Assembly: GCA_030141605.1 (NCBI GenBank)
Contig: JAQGDQ010000229.1
Span: forward strand, 124,001 to 188,000
DNA: 64,000 nt
Direction: 5' to 3'
From: Tubiluchus corallicola
Lineage: Eukaryota; Animalia; Priapulida
In this document: positions 38,351 through 50,598 of the stretch, one piece after another
Layout: the number at the start of each line of letters is the position of its first letter
Numbering within the stretch: position 1 is the first letter of the stretch
Made by a program: the position numbers and the translations under genes
Notes under the pieces: model-generated
Database searches by the model: none
What the model was told of the DNA's origin: nothing
The model's input: only the letters and a program-made list of their open reading frames with translations

Positions 38351-41062
38351 CCTTTGTCGCTAGCAAATACAAAAGATTTATTTTCTGAATCTGTATTTCC
38401 AATTTCACTAGCTAACAGTAACTCTTTATACTTTGAGTTAACTATTAACCTTCCTTGGCGAAAGCAATATAAAATATCGAGTGAAACGATAAAGCCTTTT
38501 TAAAATGCTGGCAAAGAATGATGACTATAACCATGACCGTGACCACAACGAAAACAACAAATTAAGTAGCTCCTTTATCGGATAGAAATTATATGATAGA
38601 AAAAAAGACAATGAAAAAAATAAGTTAGTGCTCTTCTGAGACTTGGTATAATCATGAAAGAATAAAATGCGCTTAAGTCTCAAAGAATAATCTTTATTTT
38701 CTCAAGAAGGTTACGTCCCTCACGGACTTCTCTGAGCAGCTGACAAAGTTAGTGAGATACCAAACTTTCTGGAATAAAATCATTTTTTGATACTTAAACA
38801 CCAAAATTTTATGACAACTAATTAACATTTAAATCTAATTCAGAGCGTGTCTAAAGTAAAAGATGTGGCAGCTTGTTTTGTTCAGGTTTATACAGCGACA
38901 AGCACAGTGAACAAAGAAGAGGTTTTCATAAAAGAGAAGATTCTTTTCTGGATCAGCCATCATACGCACAGCATGTCTCCCAGGAATATCATTCATAAAT
39001 TAAATAATATCCAATGTTTCACACTCGCCGTTAATATTAGATTTGTGAAAAGGCGTTTCCAAGCATACGGAAATAATGGAAGATGTGGACAATCAATCGT
39101 CACTAAATTGTAATCTGACGAAGCAACGAGATTCGGCGAAGCAGTGACATACTCGTAGAGGATGGAGGGCTGGGGAAGCTATCTGGTCAGGTGATCACCG
39201 AGAAAGAAGCCAATGGGAAGTTAAAGTTAATCAGCAATAGCTGTCTAAACAAATTTGCAAATTTCTCGAAAGAAATGTCAAAACCACGGACATTAAGAAG
39301 TTTGTTGCATTTCTCGATGAAGATAACGCTTGTTACGTAATCTGTGTCTATTGACCACTACTTATATATGTTTTTATGTGGGTTTGTCCTGAAATAAAAA
39401 ATTAGCTACCTACCTAACTACCTGTCAACCTGCCTGCCTATTTACATGTGCAATGATATCTCGGACACCCTTAGCATCAAGCAAAAACTTAACGTCAGAA
39501 GAATGTACTTTAACCAAATGAGCGAGACCTTGATCTTGACAGAGATAAGTTACTGGTCGATCAAGCTATCATAACTGATTCAAAGCTTTTTTGATCATAT
39601 TGGGCTGTGTAGTGTAGTCGTGTAGATGGGTAATACAAGGGTTCCGAATTCAAATCTAAGCTCACATTCGACTCTTGCGCAATATATTTCTATCGGCAGC
39701 TTCGCTTCAAAATTAATATTGGTTAATTCTACCACTAAGTTTTAGGAATATAAACATTGATGCTATACATACAAAAAATGCCAACAGAAAGTGTAATTGC
39801 CTGCTTTTTATAAGATCAAGAAACAGAGCGAAACTGGGCAACTGTGGTGCCAAAAAACGAAGCTAGCTTGACGTGAAGAGAAGCAGATTCGCTTACAATT
39901 TATGGATAGACTACAATGGAAACTAGCCTACTAAAACTCTGGTAGAAACTTGTCTGGCAAACCGGTTCAGTAAATTTATTAATCTGACGAAGGACAGTGT
40001 AGAAGCAGTTAAGTGAAGGGCCAGATCATGACACAAATAACATGCAAGTCCTAATTAACATCTGAAAGTAGTCAAGTAACTAGCTTGGATATAACAGCAA
40101 GGCGAATTGCAGTAGTGACAAATTACATTCAAGGGACTCTTGAGTTAAGCAATAAAGGGAGACAATAGGAGCTAGAACGACAATCTAAAGCGTGATTATC
40201 TCAATTTATCTGCCTGGCTGCCCGTCGCCTGCATTCGCCAATATGTAATGAAAATTAATAGATCTATAATAAGCGAGAACTCTAGCAGATGATTATGGAA
40301 TATGCATGAAAAGCCACGGGGGAGAAATATATTGGCAGATTAAATAATAATGAGTTGCCTTGAACGTGAATGCGAAATGTGCTCGGTTAAACGATTAAAA
40401 ATGACTGTGGCATGCCGTCGTTTATAGCAGTTACAGCAAATGAGTAAACGACTATTATAAGTACATGACGGAATGAGTTCATGGATTTCAAGAGACAAGG
40501 AATCGGATTAGCAGCACGTCCAGGAGACTTCTGTGACATTTTGCCAAGGTTCGTTTCCAATCTCTGGGTCAGTCGGCTCACTCAAGAGCCAAGAGCAAGA
40601 GTAACGGCTTCTTGTCACAAGATGCATTGTCAGAGTGCACTTGCCAATTTTATATAAACCGTCGGTTTATATAAATGCTATAGGAAATTTTTATTGTTAC
40701 CACTGATATTTTTATGAATGCCGCGAAAAAGTGGGTAAAGACAAACAGAAAAAAAAACATAGCACCCAGCTGACAATCACACATGCGCCCTATTCAGTCT
40801 CAACCCCTTTTTACTCCATCATCACCTTGCTTATTATCTTATGCTCCTGACTCTTATTTAGCTAGGTAGCATGCATAATTATGGAATCTCCGTCACTATT
40901 TCACTATCACTTACCTGACAATCACCGGCTTCGTCAGCCTCAACCACATCCTTACTCTCATCATCGTTTTGCTGATCTCACCTTACTCTTTCTTGCCTTG
41001 CTCAACGTTATTAAAAAACTGCATCATACAACTAATACTTTATTCTATTTCCATAATATATT

Positions 41063-41459
41063 CAAGGTTCCCACGGTCCTGGAAAGTCATGGAAAAAGAT
41101 AATTTGGTAAAAAGTCGCGAAAATGATGAAAATGGGGTGAAAAGTCAGGGAAATTGGAAAGGGCTGCAAAAATAATCACCGTGTACCGACATTATTCCAA
41201 ACATATTTTTAGCGATTCGAGTTCAAATAAAATTTTGCTATGGGAGGCTCCCAATTTCGATTTCTGTTCTAAAAATAATGATTAGCCAACATTATACATC
41301 AGTATAATTAAGTACTCATATTCTTATGCAAAAATATTTGAATACGTATACTGGTAATGCAATTTCTGCTTATCTTTGTCATGGGAAATCTATATTTGGT
41401 CAGGGAAAAGTAATGGAAAAGTCAGGGAAATTTATTTTAAAAATTCTGTGGAAACCCTG
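41063..41459. mobile_element. MITE with CAGGGTT(C/T)CCAC-type TIRs and a 5-bp TSD
   Basis: ATATT|CAAGGTTCCCAC ... GTGGAAACCCTG|ATATT; internal repeated aaaagtca(t/g)ggaa. Confidence 0.8.
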
Positions 41460-42281
41460 ATATTGTAACTTCATCACCCTGACTTATCTCATCCTGCCCT
41501 TGTTTATCTTATTTAAAAATAATTATTCAGTCAGGTGTTCTTGTTTATCTTATCTTACCAAAAAGACAACAACGCAATCACAGCGAAACAGACCCGTTTA
41601 CAAATGGGTAACCAAACATGCATTATGATATTACTATTCCCTTAGGTTCCCTGGTAACACAATGCGCCGTTCAGATTTAATTGCATCTTAACTATGTAAC
41701 AAGATTCCGCACATTCGGGTTATCTAAGCATTACTGCTCTTACCAATTAGAAATTCAGCATCACAGAGCGTAATAAGATCTCATACACCACCGCAATTAC
41801 GATTATTGCCATATATAAACTCACCCTGACCATCTTGTCTAATCAGTGTCCAATCTATCATTGTACACCAGCATCTCCGGTTTAACCTCCTCTGTGAAAT
41901 GAACACTCTTCTCGTTGCTGCGACACACAAGGAGAGCGGTTGCCTACGCGATGTTTCTCTAAGCATCCGAAGCCGCGTAGTGATCGATGGATGCATTGCC
42001 GAGACGCGAGCAGCCATGCACATGTGTAGCATTGTGGGACGGGCTATTCATTCAGGTGAGGGAACACACCAGGAAGGTAACCACTGAAATGTGGTAAGTA
42101 ATGCAATACACATAGTAAGGACGCAAGAACCACCAAAGTACAGTGGAACATGAGACATGTATGGCGTTCTGGGGCAAGCTATTCATTCAGATGCGTGAAG
42201 ATGCCACTGGAAGGTATCCAATGAAAAACGGCGCGTGAAATGCAATCGCTTTAAATCGGCTTTGAAAATTAACATTACTCG

Positions 42282-42352
42282 TTCGCTCGCTCGCTACCTC
42301 CCTCTCTCCCTCCCTCGCTCGCTCACTCACTCACTCACTCACTCACTCACTC
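42282..42352. repeat. (CGCT)n/(CACT)n microsatellite
   Basis: Direct reading. Confidence 0.9.
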
Positions 42353-43448
42353 ATTTATATAGTAAGGGTAGCGAAAATAGTGCGATGAAAATATAAGACA
42401 TTATCACGTTGTGAGGCGAGTTCTTATTCAGTCAGGCGGACAATGCAAGACAAGTAAGTCACTAGCGTGGTACAAGCTTGCGGTAATCAGGTGATTGACA
42501 AAAGCATGAACAAAAAAACATTGCTCGCCAAAAATTAGGCATGGCGTAAATAAATAATTCAGGTGAAGACATGTCACTAAGTCTTAGCACACTAGAGGGG
42601 ACGCGTGTGGGATAAGCCGTCATCATATATATATACATATGGCCCATATGTATATATGGTGGTATATATATATATGGCCCATGAGAAAACAAATGAATAG
42701 AAATCAATTCGTCTAGTTAAAGGAGAAATTGAGGAGGAGGGACAATTGCTTTAGATGAGGTAAGACACGCGAGAAAGCGTTCGGGTAAGCTAAATGCGTA
42801 ACGTGAGGATTTTGTCGATGAAGAAAATAAAAAGGGTATACAGTAAAGCATGCCATGAAAGAAGAGGTAAACAAAATTGTCACGTGAAGATGTGAAATGT
42901 CTAGGAAGCAAAACCTATAAAGAGCTGATCATCACTATCTGCTAGCAACAGATAAACATCAGTATCCAAGCAAAATAACACGAAGACCTTGATGGAGATC
43001 CTTGAGTGAAAATGAGCCAATCCTTCGAATATAACGTAAATTGTAAAATGTTAATGACTGAAAAAACATTCTGCCAATAAATATTAATTAAACCAACATG
43101 TCCCTATTTCAACCAAACTGAGTCGCATTCAGCGAGTATATACACACACGTGCGTGAGTTACCACAGAATGCGTTCATTAAACAGCCAACTGATATTGAT
43201 ATGGCAAACACGAAACACAAATCTTCACAAAAGCTTGATGAAGCTCGATACAAGAGTTTCACACGTTGGTTACATGGGAGCAGATTGAGCGATCACAATA
43301 AATCAAGTGGAGAATGCGCACAGAGCAGACCAAACGCTGCATGTACTATTGAGATAAACTCCACACATCAAGAGGTTAACAATGAGTCAATTAATCACGT
43401 AAGGTAGAGATTGTGACACAACACGTATTTAATCAGTTTACAAAATAT

Positions 43449-44525
43449 TTAAAGCAAAACAGGACGATTTTTCATAACCTGGTAGGTAAAACGTATACAT
43501 TTTAACACCAATAATACTGCAAAAGCGTTTTTGATAATTAAATAATAAGTTAAAAATTTAATTAATGGCGTACGAGCCCAGATAGTGATGATATCACAAA
43601 CGAACATAATTTTCAACAGCACAAGCATTCCACGAGCGTCTTGAACTACAGAATTACAGTGCTACTGTACAATATTCAATGTTATATACAAAAACTAGGC
43701 AAATCTTAAGATAAAAATAGAAATTTTAAATTTACCGCAGTGCTCACGCATGAGCTTGAGAACGTGTGTACTACGTCACAAACTAACAGCACTAGACTGA
43801 GAGGTACAGCACCTGTTTTTCAGGCAATGCGTTTCCGAAATGCAGGCGCTAGCGAAAACGAAATTACCTTCATCGTATATATTAATTTCGGTGGTATTAT
43901 ATATATATATATATGAGGAACTGGGGGGGGGGGGGCGAAAAACCTCCAAAAATGGCTCTTCCTAGACCGTTTTTTGCAAAAAAATTTGCAAAACTTATAC
44001 CTCTTATTTTTAGAGAACGGGAATGTGCCGAGGGCCGTGCTAGTAATGGTTAGATAGCCCGTTCAACGGTGGGTAATAGTCATATTTAGATTTCGCGGGA
44101 GCGCCAACAGTACCCGTTAGTGTGACTCTTAGGAGATATATAGCTCTTTAGAAAGAGGAAGAACAGGGCTACACGATGATGTGGGGTATATTTTAGGGCA
44201 GGTCCACCTAGAGGAATAACGACGAGTTAATTAGATGTTGGAAAACTGCTGACGCAAAGCCATTGTTCTGACGTCATTCATTATACTATGCTTATAACCT
44301 TATAACTTTAATTCAGTTAAACCTACTACTTTGCGTTATAAATGAGGACTATGTAGGATGTTCGCGTATTATTAATTATACAAATTTTTTGCGGGGCCTT
44401 TGCTAGTGTTGTAATAACTCTTTCACTTAAGTCATACTTTAAAAAAACAGTATGTTCCCTTTCAATATTTTAAGGAATAGATTGTTTTGACTTACAGTTT
44501 AAGATTGGATCTGGTTTTCCTTTAC
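43449..44525. mobile_element. MITE family A copy interrupted by an insertion
   Basis: TTAAAGCAAAACAGGACGATTTTTCAT ... GGTTTTCCTTTAC; colinear with 48070..48679 once 43873..44406 is removed. Confidence 0.8.
43873..44406 (+). mobile_element. Non-autonomous Helitron-like insertion
   Basis: A|TCGTATATATTAA ... GGGGCCTTTGCTAG|T: TC and CTAG termini, A/T target, no TSD; the empty site is seen in the paralogous MITE at ~48551-48590. Confidence 0.7.
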
Positions 44526-46889
44526 GTTTTCATTGTATCAAGCTCCTCCTGTGTCGGTGTAGTGCAAACGCCTCATTACTGCTTTGCGCAAAATAAATTG
44601 CAAGGTGCAAGGCAAATGTAAAAGTGCAAATCATATCGTTACTTTACTGGGCTTCTTTTCTACCTGCCAAGACGTCATTTATGTCACTGTATCTGTTGCA
44701 TTATGTTTCAGTTGCTAAAAATGTTTGCTGGTATGCGTGAGTACAACTGGACCGAATTTTAAGTGTGTTAAAATTTGACGCAAACTGCATTTCCCCCTAA
44801 CATGTTGCAGTTTAAGCGAAATTCTCCCATAAGAAGCACTAAGACGGTTAAGGGTTAACAACTACATTTCCTAATGTTAAACACTTAGGACATTTGATGA
44901 AAAGAGTCATTAAGTGAGGGAGTGAAAGGACCAAACACACAGCGGCTGTTATTAGAAGCACAAAGGTTCCAGCACAGAAGAACATGACATTTGTAGGCTG
45001 TACCAGATGCGAGGAAATAGTTGCTTTTACTGAATGTGTGGAATTGAGCAAATTGCAATCATGGCACAATCGGCAGTAATTAAGCTGTAACGTACAGACT
45101 GCATACTAAAAGCCTGTACCTGAGTATAGAGCTCAAATGGGTCATCAAGTGCGACCCATCACCGATTTGACCTTCAAATGTCAGGACCCTGACCCACACC
45201 CAGGACCCGGCAGCAGTAAACTGACCCACGTCCTGATATAGCCGGAGCAGCTCTTACCCAAATTTAATTTCACTCGGCATATAGACATCTCTGCAGTATT
45301 AGCATCCAAAAAACAGCAATTTGGTAAACAATATACGCATGTGCTGCATGAATGTAAGGGATTCTGTGCAGCAAATGTAAGATGTAAAATGATTTTAACG
45401 ATAACTCTACAAAATTACATATACAGTAAATTGGACGATAGATTGTAAGATGCATTTGCTCTATAAAGGATATATTTATTTACAAAGATGCTTATTCGCT
45501 AGACTAGCGCCTGAATGGCTCTCTTAGTATTATGTTTACTAACGATAGTTTTTAAATTATTCAGTTATATGCGTTTACACTTGCGTGGCATGTGGCACAA
45601 TTTCTTTGAAAGCATCTATTTTTATATGGTCTATGGCAGAAATAAAAATATCTGATTATGTAGGTCCTGTAAGTTGCAGATGACAATATTATGCCAAAAT
45701 TATAAAATATATCTGTGGTGTAAATCTACACATTCCGTAAATTTATTCTGTAACAGTGACCTTTGGTTTGATTTCCCTGAAGGCCTATTACTAGTAAGTG
45801 CAGAACCCTTTCACTTTAAAGCAGTCATTTCCGCAAGTATAAAGACGTTCTCATATTTTTATATTCTTAAAAGGATAAACTAGATTAATACGAGCAATTA
45901 AAGATGCACGTTAAAATTCAATTCAATTCACATTTTATTTTGGTAGCTAAGGCCATATAAAATACAAATACACAAGCATAGAATAAACATGTTTTCGAAT
46001 CTTCAAATTTGGTGGATTTTTGTAAAATTCCAATTATAGTTTATATGGTTTTCAACTTTTAGAATGAAATAAAATGGGTTTTTATTTGTAACAAATGAGC
46101 TCTCGGCATTACAAATCTGTAATTTATGGAACTTTGGAAACTTTAAACTAAAAGCAAATCAAAGAATTCTAAACTGATAGAAAGCAACACTAAACTCATC
46201 ACACCTCTGCGGAACATGTATAGCTTTGTAAATAAAGTCAACACATCTTATAAGATAAATTTGAATTCAGACAGGCTCGCGGTTAAAGAATAGAGTTAAT
46301 CACCGCATGCTGTTTCTGGTACGACGCTGTGAAATAATGGCTAGTAGAACTGGGTAACTATAACTTGTGATCAAAACTCGATCTTTGATCAGAGCACAAA
46401 ATTTACACCACATTACGAAAGTATTACAGAAACTTTCTCGAGTCACAAGATTCAATCTTTGATTACATCAAGAAAACACGTCATGTGGAGTATACACGCT
46501 GTCCACAATCGCAAGCTTTCTATATTCCTTCTATTTGCTGAACTTGCTTTGAAGTCTGCCGCCAGATTTAATGACGTCGTGTTATGTAATCCTCTAAGCA
46601 TTTTCATAGGCAACCATAAAAACTCACACGCAGCGCATCAAACATGGCTTGACGCGACGCGAAATCAACTCATTAAAAACAGTTTTATTTGAGAAAATTT
46701 TCAACGCCGGCAAATTTCGATGAAAAGTTGTCTAAATCGCACAATCTGAGTAATTCTGCGACGTTCAGGGAAAAAATCTGTAGCATCAATGACACAATGT
46801 CTCGGTTCCGTCAGTCAACTGGTACCTCAGGCCCTCTACCCTTGACAACTTGTCCCCAATAAATACGTCGTGCTGTATTCTCTTACTGA

Positions 46890-47237
46890 CATTTCCTGAA
46901 GCCGAGAACTCACGGTACCCAGTTGGCAGCTGAAGTTAAGCAATGTGGCACGTGATGGCACGTGACTGAATGAATGGATGACAGACAGTTCCATACTAGC
47001 TCTAGATGATTTCGCTTGATTCTGACTGTTACCTCATAAAAGGAGGATGCATTCACATCTGAATGTGACATAGAAACCGCTGCCAGCTCCAGTTCATTAT
47101 CTCGTCATAGAAAATTTCCTTGTCGGTCCAGTTAAGCAATGCCGAGGCTCGCCAGTGAATAGAAGGGTGATTACCAATTCAATACTCGCTGATTTCATTC
47201 GCCATACTGATTCTGGCTCCTCGTAAAGGGAAGATGT
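46890..47237 (+). mobile_element. Two tandem, diverged 5S-rRNA-like (SINE3-type) units
   Basis: AGTTAAGCAATG...G(A/G)TGA...atact(a/c)gct...tgattctg...cctc(a/g)taaa..gg..gatg occurs twice, ~200 bp apart (46933 and 47130). Confidence 0.55.
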
Positions 47238-48069
47238 GGTTAAGGCACCTCTGCATGATCTAGTTCAGTATCTAATCTGAGAGGAAGTCCTTGATAATGA
47301 TAGATTCCGGTCCAGCCACAATCATCCACGTTCCACCGTGCAGTATGCTGATTTATTAGAAAAATTCACGATGACTTTCACCAAAATATAAACAATTGTC
47401 CCATAATAATGCAGGAGTAGAACACCCAGTGCTTAATGTGGCAAGACCAGAATCTCTGATCCTATTGATCCACATGATTTATTGCACCGTCAAACATGTC
47501 TCGTTCAGATGTGACGGTAAACACCCAGAATCGTTATGACGAACCAAACGCCTAGTTCTTAAACTCAACTGCGAATAATACACCGTGACCACTCGGCTAT
47601 TTATCTCCCCTATAATTGCACGTCTACATACATTTGCTGCCGCAATATTTATAATTTACAAACTCACTGTTCGACGGATAAGGATGCAACAACGAATTTG
47701 ACAAAAAATTGCAGCAAAGATGCAGCTTCCGTCATTTTTAATACGCGAATTTGCGAACTTCTCACAAGCTGCTGAATTTTATAGTTTTGTTACCTTGTCG
47801 TGCAACGGCAACATTAGCCGGGCGAGTTTACAAGCGTTTATCAGAGCCATTCTTTCCACTTATTTCCATGCACGTAGTGCTTTCAGGCGCTCAATTTCGC
47901 CTAATTTCTTAAACTAATCGTATTTCTTCGTGAAAATCCAGAAATTGTGAAATACGTACGGGAGAATATGTACGCAATAAATTCCCTCGTCATACAATAA
48001 GTACCTGGAAGTGTTTGCAGTGGGGCGTTAAACGTATAAAACGAACTTGCAATCTTTTGAAATAAAACA

Positions 48070-48679
48070 TGAAGAAAAGCATGACGATTTTTCATTTGCT
48101 CGCCCATTTTGTACGGTAAAAAGTTGACATTTTAATACGTAACAATGCCAGAGCGTTTCTGGTACATGTAATTAAATAATAGGCTAAAACGTTATTAACG
48201 GCAGACGAGTACTAATTAGTGATGACATCACAACTGAACATAATTTTTAACAGCACAAACAATTCATGAGCGCGTAGCACGTGTTTGCGAAAGCAAAAAT
48301 GGAAGCTACTGCACAACATTCAGTGTGACATACAAAACTCAGCGATTTTTAAGTTTAAAATTCAAATTTCAAGTTTAGTCCTGTGCTCTCGAACAAACTC
48401 TCGAATGTGTTTACGAAACGAACACCTCTGAAACGAAAGATACAGCAGCTGCTTTTTTGTGCTTCGCCTTTCCGAGATGCAGGCGCTAGAGCCCATCTAA
48501 CTAGCGAATGCAAAAAGCATGTAACAGCCAAGAACAAGCCTCGCTAAGGCGAAATTACCATTCTGAAGTGATAAATTTTTCACGTAAGTTATTCTTGAAA
48601 AATAGTATCTTTCCGTCCAGTATTTTATAGAACAGATTGTTTTGAACTTTAGTTTAAGATGGGGTCCGGTTTTCTTTAA
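48070..48679. mobile_element. MITE family A, longest uninterrupted copy
   Basis: gacgatttttcat at the left; tttaagatggggtCCGGTTTTCTTTAA at the right. Confidence 0.8.
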
Positions 48680-48839
48680 TTCACAAATTCCATCAGGTTC
48701 TTTTCCAATTTTTTTCAACAAAATTTCGTTTTTTCTGTTATCGTTCAATTTCCGTTCTTACCGTTATCGTTACTTTCTATCAATAACTTCTGATATAAGT
48801 AACAACTCTTTTCGAGTATTTTGTTCTTTGATTAATGAC

Positions 48840-48900
48840 GTAGTTAAATAACGCATTGCCTAGCTGCAAAATGACTGGGTGACTGTCGGGAATACTAGTT
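48840..48900 (+). mobile_element. 5S-rRNA-like fragment
   Basis: AGTTAAATAACG...GCCTAG...TGGGTGACTGTCGGGAATACTAG parallels the 5S 3' half (AAGYTAAGCA...GCCTGG...TGGGWGACCGCCTGGGAATACC). Confidence 0.55.
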
Positions 48901-49319
48901 CCGGAATGTTTTATTTGCTGTGCTGCTCAAATTGATTCTCTTATAATGCTAACTCTGATATAAGCATATCAGAATGGGAGTTAGTACGAAACCTGTGTTT
49001 TTGCCTAATAAACAATAAATAATAAATTCTCCATCACAACAATCTATACTGGCAATGTCCACAAAAACAACAGCTTTCTGGTCGTTTGGACCTAGTTTCG
49101 CTGCTCAAAGACAACTGTTTTTAAACACCACATAGTATAATTTTTTCTGTATGATCAAAGCAACATTTCGTCATAACGCTCCAAACTTGTGTGTGATCAA
49201 TGCTTCCTGTTAAACAAGTCGATATAATGACATCAGTAACAGATGGAGACACTTAAAGTAAAAGATATTGATTAAACACCCACGTGACCTGTTTACCGGT
49301 ATCTGTAACCGTAAGTAAT

Positions 49320-49468
49320 TCCGACTACAGTCTTGGCATACTAAAAATTCTGGTAGCACAGAATGTCCTGGACAAAAATTAGATGAGCTAATGGCTGTAG
49401 AAACTCCGACTACAATGTTGGAATACTAAAAATTCTGGTCACACAGAAATGCCCTGGACAAACATTAT
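49320..49468. repeat. Diverged direct duplication (~62-bp unit, ~85-bp period)
   Basis: tccgactaca..ttgg.atactaaaaattctggt..cacagaa.tg.cctggacaaa.atta occurs twice. Confidence 0.85.
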
Positions 49469-50192
49469 ACGAACATTCACAAACCCCGGATTTTAGAAGT
49501 AATTAACATGCTAACTCTTGAACACTTTTACATTTCAAAATCATGCAAACAGATTGGGCCACTTCAGAACCAGTTTCTTTGCTTTGCATTCTAACTTTTT
49601 TACACAGCCTTAATAGCTGCGTGTTAACCAGTACGTGAATATAGGTGCAACATCGTGTCTGATAAGTCATTTAAACTTACTATGTAAACAGTGAGAAGAT
49701 AAAAAGACTATACAAAAGTGCGTCTTTGTTATGTATGCCTCCCTTCCTAAGGTGTTTGTTTTTTGGTTTTATAACCGACAAGTTGTTCGTCTAATTTAAG
49801 TCATTAATGTGATTTAACATACACTGGTGTATGAAACATGTATCAGAAATTTATTCTCGTATAATAAAATGCTTACACAATTAATTTCCTTAATTGCTAT
49901 TAATCGGACATTGCTTGTGTTTCGCCATTTACAAGTAAACACACCACCACTTAAATGCATTAGCTACAAAATGTGCTACAACACGTTTCCAAGTACAGAT
50001 CCTTTTTTTTATAAAACACACTCTTTTTAACTTCTTTCAACTAGCCTTTCTCCCTTTCTAGGCCTTTTCTACTTCACAAAGTTTTGCAAAAGTGAATCCT
50101 GAGCAAACCTTACCTAATTCTACCGCCCGTGCAATCAAACATTCTGCTTTGTTCAGACTCTGTCTCAGTAGTGCTTACACAGGTCACGTGTC

Positions 50193-50217
50193 ATGACGAC
50201 GATGATGGTATTGTTAG

Positions 50218-50248
<31 letters not shown>

Positions 50249-50598
50249 GATGAAGCTGGTGATGATACTGATTATGATGATGGTGGCGGTGGTGGTGATG
50301 ATGACGATGACGACGATAATGATGATGGTGGTGGTAGTGGTGGTGATGATGATGGTGACGACGACGACGACGACGACGATGATGGTATTGTTGGTGGTGA
50401 TGATGATTATGATGATGATAATGGTGATAGTGGTGATGGATGATGATGATGGTGGTGGTGGTGATGAAGTTGGTGATGATAATGATTATGATGATGGTGG
50501 CAGCGGTGGTGATGATGACGACGACGATGACGACGATAATGATGATGATGGGTGGCAGTGATGGTGATGATGACGACGACGATGATAATAATGATGAC
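50193..50598. repeat. Compound (GAT/GAC/GGT)n trinucleotide microsatellite with higher-order duplication
   Basis: Block ...ggtgatgaag(c/t)tggtgatgata(c/a)tgattatgatgatggtggc... occurs at ~50245 and ~50460. Confidence 0.95.
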
